Below are positions 6,465 through 12,818 of a stretch of 32,000 nucleotides of DNA, one piece after another. Each line of letters begins with the position of its first letter. Position 1 is the stretch's first letter. Both the position numbers and the translations under genes were made by a program. Source of the stretch: Candidatus Iainarchaeum sp. (GTDB lineage: Archaea > Iainarchaeota > Iainarchaeia > Iainarchaeales > JACQJH01); assembly GCA_016205145.1 (NCBI GenBank), contig JACQJH010000001.1:450001-482000 (forward strand), given 5' to 3'. The notes under the pieces are model-generated. The model made no database searches. It saw only the letters and a list, made by a program, of their open reading frames with translations, and was not told the origin of the DNA.

Positions 6465-8189
6465 ATGGCGGGATTTGATGGCAGGACTGTCATTGGCTTG
6501 GCTTTGGTGGCCGTAATCGTGTTTGGGGCGGCGTTTTACATTGGCACATCCGGAAATTCCGGAATGCGTTCAGAGACGCGGCCGGCCGGAAGCGCGGCCG
6601 GGCAAACGGGCGCGGCATTCCCTTCCGGTGAATTGTCCGCCGGCGACAGGGCCATGATGGAGCACTGCAAGTCCATGCCGCAAATGCCGGGGTGCGAAAA
6701 ATTCGCCGGTCAGGAAGCCGCCGCAAATGGCGGTGCGGGTGCAAACGCCGGTTACTCTGATTCAGTTGCCGGGCTTTCCGCGGCAGGCGGAACCGCGGTT
6801 TATGATGCGAAAGACGGCGGAAAAATAACCCTGTCAGCGTCGGCCGTCAAAAAAACCGTTGCCGGCACGGAAGTCAGGATGCTTGCATACAACGGCCAGA
6901 TTCCGGGACCCACGATAAGAGTGAAACAGGGAAGCTCTCTGGAAGTGGAATTCATAAACGGCCTTGACTCCGAAACGACTGTGCACTGGCACGGCGTGAG
7001 AGTAAAAAACGATTTTGACGGCGTTCCGGGCGTGACGCAAAAGCCGGTCAAGCCCGGGGAAAAGTTTGTCTACCCGCTGGAGTTTCCGGACGAGGGCATA
7101 TACTGGTATCATCCGCACATGAGAGAGGACTACCAGCAGGAGCTCGGGCTTTACGGCAACATCATCGTCGAGCCGTCCGATGAAGGCTCTTACAACAAGG
7201 TCAACCGCGAAATGACGCTTGCGCTTGACGACATTCTGATGGAAGGCAATGGCATTGCCGCGTTCTCCGCCGATTTTGCGACGCATTCCCTGATGGGAAG
7301 GTTCGGGAACGTGATGCTGGTCAACGGCAGTGACAAATTTGAAATGGCCGCGCTGAAAGGCGAAACTGTGAGGTTTTTCGTCACGAATGCCGCGAACGCA
7401 AGGACATTCAACTTGGTTTTCGGGGGATTGAAGTTGAAGGTTGTCGGCGCGGACAGCGGAAAGTATGAAAAAGAATTTTTCGCGGACTCGGTTGTGGTGG
7501 CGCCGTCGGAAAGGTACGTTGTGGAAGTGCTGTTTGACGGGGAGGGAACATACAACATCCTCAATTCGACGCCTGAAGGAAAAACGGTTCTCGGCAAAAT
7601 AGCCGTGTCGGGCCGGCAGGCGGAAGAGGATTATTCCAAGGAGTTTTTTGAAACAATGGAAAATTCCCGGGTTGCTGACAGCATTTCCGGCATGAGGCGG
7701 TATTTTGACAAGCCCGCGGACCATGAAATAAGAATCGGCGTGGACCTGATGGGCATGAGTCATGGCAGCATGGCGATGGCTCAGGGAACCGGCGGCATCG
7801 AGTGGGAGGACGAAATGCCGCAAATGAACCTGGCCATGAACAGCAGGATAATGGAATGGCAGTTCATTGACGTGAAAACCGGGAAAAAGAACGAGGGCAT
7901 AAGCTATGAGTGGAAAAAAGGCGACAAAATCAAGTTGAGGATTTTCAACGACCCGGATTCCGCGCACCCCATGCAGCACCCGATCCATTTGCACGGCCAA
8001 AGGTTCCTGGCCATAAGCAGTGACGGGGTGGAAAGCGAAAACCTGGCGTGGAAGGACACGGTTCTGGTCCCGTCGGGTTCCACGGCGGACATTCTTGTGG
8101 ATGTCTCGAATCCCGGAAAATGGATGCTGCACTGCCATGTCCCGGAACACATGGAAAGCGGAATGCACACGACGGTAAACGTAATATGA
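6465..8189 (+). CDS. multicopper oxidase (CueO/CopA-like cuprous oxidase), N-terminally membrane-anchored
   Basis: All four MCO copper motifs are present: HWHG, WYHPH, HPIHLHG and HCHVPEHMESGM. There are Met-rich segments (MMEHCKSMPQMPGC; MGMSHGSMAMAQG...MPQMNLAMNSRIM). GGAGGGCGGG lies upstream of the ATG. Confidence 0.92.
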   Translation: MAGFDGRTVIGLALVAVIVFGAAFYIGTSGNSGMRSETRPAGSAAGQTGAAFPSGELSAGDRAMMEHCKSMPQMPGCEKFAGQEAAANGGAGANAGYSDSVAGLSAAGGTAVYDAKDGGKITLSASAVKKTVAGTEVRMLAYNGQIPGPTIRVKQGSSLEVEFINGLDSETTVHWHGVRVKNDFDGVPGVTQKPVKPGEKFVYPLEFPDEGIYWYHPHMREDYQQELGLYGNIIVEPSDEGSYNKVNREMTLALDDILMEGNGIAAFSADFATHSLMGRFGNVMLVNGSDKFEMAALKGETVRFFVTNAANARTFNLVFGGLKLKVVGADSGKYEKEFFADSVVVAPSERYVVEVLFDGEGTYNILNSTPEGKTVLGKIAVSGRQAEEDYSKEFFETMENSRVADSISGMRRYFDKPADHEIRIGVDLMGMSHGSMAMAQGTGGIEWEDEMPQMNLAMNSRIMEWQFIDVKTGKKNEGISYEWKKGDKIKLRIFNDPDSAHPMQHPIHLHGQRFLAISSDGVESENLAWKDTVLVPSGSTADILVDVSNPGKWMLHCHVPEHMESGMHTTVNVI

Positions 8190-8246
8190 GCGGCTGCCCG
8201 GAACCGGTTTTAATAACTGCGTTGCGGATTCATTCCGTGGCATAAA

Positions 8247-8717
8247 ATGCGAAAATGGTGGCAAGTGGACAAAAAAATAAAATTCCTGTTGGTTGGGGCG
8301 GGGCTTTCAATTCTGCTTTTCATAATCATGGGAACGCCCACGGCCCTCGTGCCCAACCCATTCATTCACTACAAGAGGATGGTTGCCGCGGCATGGTTGG
8401 ACTATTTTTTTCTCGCCTCAACCTCGATAATGCTTGCGGCATTGATTTCGCTGAAACTGTATTTCAGGTCGGGGCGCGGCCTCGGCGCAAAAGAAATCGG
8501 CGGGGGCGCGCTGGGCTTTCTTGCGTTCAGCTGCCCGATTTGCAATGCTCTTCTCGTGGCTTTGCTCGGCGGCGCGACGATAATGGCGTTCGTGGAGCCG
8601 TTGAGGCCGCTGTTTGGAGTCGTGTCGATTGCGATTTTGGGTTGGCTTATTTATGGCGCGCTGAAATGCGGGGGATGCAATGGCGCCGCAGGCCGGCACG
8701 GCATGAAAATTAATTAA
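8247..8717 (+). CDS. 4-TM membrane protein, CxxC paralog 2 (TM3 SCPICN, C-terminal KCGGCNG)
   Basis: Same architecture as 2990-3517. Cys96/99 lie in TM3 and Cys141/144 at the C-terminus. It starts 57 nt after the MCO stop. Confidence 0.75.
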   Translation: MRKWWQVDKKIKFLLVGAGLSILLFIIMGTPTALVPNPFIHYKRMVAAAWLDYFFLASTSIMLAALISLKLYFRSGRGLGAKEIGGGALGFLAFSCPICNALLVALLGGATIMAFVEPLRPLFGVVSIAILGWLIYGALKCGGCNGAAGRHGMKIN

Positions 8718-8756
8718 TCTGCTTGCATTTACATACAATCTGTTGCGGTGCTTGGA

Positions 8757-9455
8757 ATGGCGTTTCCTTTGAACCCCTGGCTTTTCGGCTCGGCCGCCCT
8801 GCTGTTGTTGTGGCTGGCCATATGGCTTTTCAGGCCCGCTTTGCGCAGGGAAATGCTTTTGGTCAGCCTTTTCACCGCGCCTTTGGGTCTGACGGAACCG
8901 CTTTTTGTGCCCGAATACTGGACTCCGCCTTCGCTGTTCAACCTTGCCGCCACAACGGGCTTTGACATTGAAAGCATAGTCTTCTGCTTTGCCGCCGGGG
9001 GAATAGCGGCGGTCATCTACGAAATCCTGGTGAAATCGAGGCACAGTGAAATGTCCATGAATGAAATGCGTTCTAAACGGCACAGGTTCCACAAAATCGC
9101 GCTCGCCTCTCCCGCAATCGTTTTCGTGCCCCTGTACCTTTTTTCCGGCCTGAACCCGATATATGTTTCAATAATTGCGCTGTTTGCCGGCGCAATGGCG
9201 ACTGTCGTGTGCAGGCCGGATTTGAAGAAACCGGTCTTAACCGGAGGAACAGTATTTTTGCTCATCTATTTCTTTTTCTTCCTGTTTTTGAGCGTGGCAT
9301 TCCCGGATTTTGTGCCGAACGCGTGGAATTTTTCGGCCATCAGCGGCATTCTTGTTTTCGGCGTCCCTTTTGAGGAGCTGCTGTTCGCGCTTTCCTTTGG
9401 AATGGCGTGGGCGGGCCTTTACGAGCATTTTTTCTGGAAAAAACTGGTTCGTTAG
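8757..9455 (+). CDS. polytopic membrane protein, possibly of the lycopene-cyclase-domain (CrtYc/d-like) family
   Basis: About 7 hydrophobic segments, with repeated motifs FDIESIVFCFAAGG and VPFEELLFALSFG that resemble the PxEE(x)LF signature. The functional assignment is weak. GTG 8748 is an alternative start. Confidence 0.5.
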   Translation: MAFPLNPWLFGSAALLLLWLAIWLFRPALRREMLLVSLFTAPLGLTEPLFVPEYWTPPSLFNLAATTGFDIESIVFCFAAGGIAAVIYEILVKSRHSEMSMNEMRSKRHRFHKIALASPAIVFVPLYLFSGLNPIYVSIIALFAGAMATVVCRPDLKKPVLTGGTVFLLIYFFFFLFLSVAFPDFVPNAWNFSAISGILVFGVPFEELLFALSFGMAWAGLYEHFFWKKLVR

Positions 9456-9485
9456 GCCAATCAGGCAACCGGCAAAGGCTTCCGG

Positions 9486-9911
9486 TCAGTGCGCGCCGCC
9501 GCCCTTGAAAGTCCGCGCGCAGTGCCTGCAGCAGAATTTCAGGGTTTTTCCGTTTATTTTTTCCGTGTGGCCGCCTTCATAGACCATGCAGGCGCAGTGC
9601 GCGCACTGCGAAAGCTTCGGTTCCACGGCAAGGTCTATGAGGCCGCCGAACCTGTGCAGCATCGACTTGCAGAACGCCTTGCCTTCCGGCGTCAGAGCGT
9701 AAACCTTTTTTTCCCTCGCGCCCTCTGATTTGACCCGGATGTATTTTGCCTTTTCAAGTTTTGCGAGGAAAGGGTAGATCTGGCCGGGTGAAACCCTGCT
9801 TTCGAGCCTTTCGCTTATCTCCTTTATGAGCTCGTAGCCGTGCCTGGGGCCGTCGCACAGAAGAAGCATGCAATAGAATTTGGCCATGTTTGTGATCCTG
9901 ATTTCTTTCAT
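9486..9911 (-). CDS. PadR-type winged-helix regulator fused to a C-terminal TRASH metal-binding domain
   Basis: The N-terminal half (LLLCDGPRHGYELIKEI...GQIYPFLAKLEKAKYI...YALTPEG) is PadR-like. The C-terminus CAHC-x20-CCRHC fits the TRASH pattern C-x2-C-x19-22-C-x3-C. Confidence 0.85.
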   Translation of the reverse strand: MKEIRITNMAKFYCMLLLCDGPRHGYELIKEISERLESRVSPGQIYPFLAKLEKAKYIRVKSEGAREKKVYALTPEGKAFCKSMLHRFGGLIDLAVEPKLSQCAHCACMVYEGGHTEKINGKTLKFCCRHCARTFKGGGAH

Positions 9912-9952
9912 TGCGGTCAGGCGGATTTATCTGGGAAAACGTTTAAATATTT

Positions 9953-9973
9953 ATATATCTAAATTTGATATAT
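9953..9973. promoter_or_regulatory. palindrome ATATATC-N7-GATATAT in the divergent promoter region
   Basis: Perfect 7-bp inverted repeat embedded in TATA-like sequence. It lies 42-62 nt from the PadR-TRASH ATG and 70-90 nt from ATG 10043. Confidence 0.45.
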
Positions 9974-10042
9974 CTGTTTTCTGGGCATCATTTTTCTGAG
10001 CGTCATTTGGGCTGGCAACAATTTTTTTTGGGGTGGTTTGCA

Positions 10043-10630
10043 ATGGTGGAAAAATCGGGTTTGCTGGCATTGGTTGTATTGGCGGGTTTAATCGCGTTGC
10101 CTGTTGCAATGGCGCAGGGTTCGGATGATTTTGCGCAGGCGAAGGCGCTGATCGACAGGAATGCGTCCTGCGGCAGCCTGAGCAGCGAACAGCTTGAACT
10201 GATCGGCGATTATGTGATGGAGCAGATCCATCCCGGCGAAGCCCACGAATATGTGGAATCGATGATGGGCGGCGAGGGCTCGGATAGCCTGAAACGGGCG
10301 CACATTGCCATGGCTTACAGGTTCTACTGTGCAGGCTTAGGTTCTGGGTTGAACGCAAACAGCCCGTATTATGGCGTAATGGGCGGCTATGGGATGATGG
10401 GTGGCATGATGTACGGCAACTATGGCGGGATGATGGGTTCTGGCAATGCCTATTCCACTTATGGGCTTATGGGATACGGCGGCGGAACCGCAAATTATCC
10501 TGGAATGATGGGCTATAATGCGTCAACCGGCGGCCTTGGCCTGCTTACGCAGGTCTTGTTTGTGGTGGCGCTTGGTCTCGCAGTTCTGTTCCTTGGCATT
10601 AAAGTCTTCGGGCAATTTCAAAAGCGGTGA
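10043..10630 (+). CDS. secreted Met/Gly/Tyr-rich protein with a C-terminal TM anchor (putative Cu(I)-binding)
   Basis: Signal-like N-terminus LLALVVLAGLIALPVAMAQG. A helical domain carries HPGEAHEYVESMMGGEG. A low-complexity stretch reads YYGVMGGYGMMGGMMYGNYGGMMGSG...PGMMGY. The tail is hydrophobic. Confidence 0.7.
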   Translation: MVEKSGLLALVVLAGLIALPVAMAQGSDDFAQAKALIDRNASCGSLSSEQLELIGDYVMEQIHPGEAHEYVESMMGGEGSDSLKRAHIAMAYRFYCAGLGSGLNANSPYYGVMGGYGMMGGMMYGNYGGMMGSGNAYSTYGLMGYGGGTANYPGMMGYNASTGGLGLLTQVLFVVALGLAVLFLGIKVFGQFQKR

Positions 10631-10680
10631 TTGAGGATTTGGGGTTGAATGTCCTGCGGGTTGTATGCCGGCCCGGAACA

Positions 10681-10727
10681 AAAGGTTTCAGCAATGCCTA
10701 TTTATGGTTTCAGCAGGAATATTTGCA
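10681..10727 (+). promoter_or_regulatory. shared promoter/operator module, copy B (AAGGTTTCAGC-N11-ATGGTTTCAGC-N7-TTTGCAT)
   Basis: It is colinear with 4365-4411. The first spacer contains a TATA-like TATTTAT. It lies 70-116 nt upstream of ATG 10797, the first gene of the cop operon. Confidence 0.55.
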
Positions 10728-10796
10728 TAGTTGTGTTTTTTTGCATCCGGTCTTTTTTATGAATTTTATGGGTGAAGGCTCTAAAGTGGTGGTCAG

Positions 10797-11228
10797 ATGA
10801 ATGAGGTTAAAGTCCAGCGTGTTTTCCTGTTGCTTGTGTTAGGCGCCCTGGTCGTGTTCGGCGGAATGGTTCTGTTTTGGTTTGGCGCTAATGCAGCGCC
10901 CGCCAGATCGGCATCGGTAAATAATCAGGGTATTGTTGCCGGAGGGAACGGCCAGGCACAGGACATTTACATCAGGGCGCTTTCAAGCGGAACCTATGAC
11001 AAAAGCGAGGTCACGGTAAAGAAAGGCGTGCCGGTCAGACTGCATTTTTCCGCTGACCCTGGCGCGGGCTGCGGAAGGTATCTGGTGCTATACGGCCTGA
11101 ACGTCAATGCGCTTTCCAAGAACGGCGAAGAAGCGGTTGTCGACTTCACGCCGCAACAGGAAGGCAGCTTTGAATACAATTGCGGTATGAGAATGTTCAA
11201 ACCCGGAACATTGAAGGTTTTGGCATGA
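10797..11228 (+). CDS. membrane-anchored cupredoxin-like domain protein
   Basis: One TM followed by VTVKKGVPVRLHFSADPGAGCGRYLV...VDFTPQQEGSFEYNCGMRMFKPGTLKV. This is the typical cupredoxin_1-type C...CGM.M pattern seen in cop operons. Confidence 0.75.
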   Translation: MNEVKVQRVFLLLVLGALVVFGGMVLFWFGANAAPARSASVNNQGIVAGGNGQAQDIYIRALSSGTYDKSEVTVKKGVPVRLHFSADPGAGCGRYLVLYGLNVNALSKNGEEAVVDFTPQQEGSFEYNCGMRMFKPGTLKVLA

Positions 11229-11701
11229 GCAGGCTTGAAGCTTTGGCCTTGGTGTTGTCGGAGCGCAGTCAGCTCGCAATATTTCTTGCGGCGTTTGCCG
11301 TGCTTTTGCCTTTGCTGGCAGTCAGCTCGGCAATAATTTCGCCGGTGGGTTTTGCGTTCAATCCTTTGGCTGAACCGCTTGGAATCGCTTTGACAATCGT
11401 CATTGCAATCCTGATGGGCCTGAACCTGACGGTCCTGTTGCATGCCCACGCACGCAATGCAAATGCAAAAAAGGGGACTGTCCTGTTCGGCGGCCTGGCG
11501 GCAACGTTTGCCACTGCCTGCCCTGTTTGCCCGCCGACATGGATTGTCCTGCTCGGCTTCGGCTCGGCCGCGGGCTTTCTTTCTGGAACCGGGATTTTCA
11601 TTGCAATTGGCAGCATAGTCTTGCTTTCATTGGCTCTTTACAATTCTTTGGGTTGCGCAGACGGAAACTGCGGGGTGGACAAGAATGGAAAAAATGATTA
11701 A
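11225..11701 (+). CDS. 4-TM membrane protein, CxxC paralog 3 (TM3 ACPVCP, C-terminal GCADGNCG)
   Basis: ATG 11225 overlaps the cupredoxin stop (ATGA). Cys99/102 lie in TM3 and Cys144/149 at the C-terminus. Same architecture as the other two paralogs. Confidence 0.75.
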   Translation: MSRLEALALVLSERSQLAIFLAAFAVLLPLLAVSSAIISPVGFAFNPLAEPLGIALTIVIAILMGLNLTVLLHAHARNANAKKGTVLFGGLAATFATACPVCPPTWIVLLGFGSAAGFLSGTGIFIAIGSIVLLSLALYNSLGCADGNCGVDKNGKND

Positions 11702-11888
11702 AGTGAAAGGCATGCATTGTAAGTCATGCGAAATCCTTGTCGCGGACTCCGTGTCTGAAATCAGCGGCGTGGAAAGCGTCAAGGCGGACAGCAGGAAGGG
11801 AACTGTTGTGGTGAATGTCCGGGATGCCGGGATTCTCGGCAGGGTGAAAGCCGCGATTGAAAAGGAAGGCTACAAGGTGGAAAACTGA
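11685..11888 (+). CDS. copZ: CopZ-like heavy-metal-associated (HMA) copper chaperone
   Basis: 67 aa with a GMHCKSC motif and a ferredoxin-like HMA length. GGGGTGGA lies 5 nt upstream. Confidence 0.88.
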   Translation: MEKMIKVKGMHCKSCEILVADSVSEISGVESVKADSRKGTVVVNVRDAGILGRVKAAIEKEGYKVEN

Positions 11889-12808
11889 TGGAATTCGAAC
11901 TTGAACTTGGCGGAATGTCCTGCGGCTCATGCGAGCGCATAATCGAAAAGGTTGCCGAGAAAGCCGGCGCGGAAGTCAAGGAAATCGACTCGCGCAAAGG
12001 CAGGGTCACAATCGTTTCCGAGGAATCCAAAATAGCCGGAATAAGGGAAGAGCTTGCCAAGCGCGGCTTTGCCGAAAAGGGCAGCAGGGAAGACGTGGGC
12101 AGGGGCGACCTGAAAAACGTTGTTGGCTACATTTTGGCAGTGCTGTCAATCCAGCCGCACGTCGAAGAGGAAGCCAGGCTCGTCAACCACGCCATTGCGT
12201 CCGCGATTATTTTGGCTGGGCTGAACATTCTGGCTTACCTGTTTTTTGTGCAGGGCCTGGAGAACGGCGAAAAGTACCTTCCATTCCTTGCATTGGCGAT
12301 TGTTGCGTCAATAACATCCGTTTTCGCGTACCTTCACGCCAAATGCTACCGTAAAATCATGTCCTGCCAGAACGGCATGATGGTCGGAATGACCATGGGC
12401 ATGGTTCCGGGCTTCATGGTCGGCGCAATCATTGCCGCGACAAACGGAATGTTTCTTGGCAGCGTGGCCGGAATTCTGACCGGCGCATGGCTTGGCCTGA
12501 AGAGCGGAAAATGCTGCGGCGTAATGGGCGCAATGGAAGGAGTCATGGCCGGCCTGATGTCCGGTTTGATGGGGCCGATGACAGTGATCATGACCCTCAA
12601 CGACAACATGCTCGTTCTGCTTTACCTGATTTTCGGAATCTCTGTTTTTTTGCTCGGCGGCCTGAGCTACATGCTGTACCGCGAGGAAGGCGAAACCCCG
12701 GTTGCGAACACAAAGCTGCCGGAATTCATTGTTCTCGGCATTGCGTTCAATCTTGTGCTGCTGGCGATAATGCTTTTTGCGGTTAAGGGGCCATTGAGGT
12801 TCGTGTGA
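11888..12808 (+). CDS. HMA domain fused to a Met/Gly/Cys-rich ~7-TM membrane domain (unknown family)
   Basis: The N-terminal 62 aa form an HMA domain with GMSCGSC. After a charged linker come TM segments including [18 protein letters not shown] and [30 protein letters not shown] overlap joins it to copZ. Confidence 0.75.
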   Translation: MEFELELGGMSCGSCERIIEKVAEKAGAEVKEIDSRKGRVTIVSEESKIAGIREELAKRGFAEKGSREDVGRGDLKNVVGYILAVLSIQPHVEEEARLVNHAIASAIILAGLNILAYLFFVQGLENGEKYLPFLALAIVASITSVFAYLHAKCYRKIMSCQNGMMVGMTMGMVPGFMVGAIIAATNGMFLGSVAGILTGAWLGLKSGKCCGVMGAMEGVMAGLMSGLMGPMTVIMTLNDNMLVLLYLIFGISVFLLGGLSYMLYREEGETPVANTKLPEFIVLGIAFNLVLLAIMLFAVKGPLRFV

Positions 12809-12818
12809 GGGCGATGGC

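Noticed and set aside
6834-8264. 476-aa minus-strand ORF covering most of the multicopper oxidase gene
   Set aside because: It is antisense to a gene with all four MCO copper motifs. Its translation is R/H/F-rich and featureless, and it would also run through the start of the next plus-strand gene.
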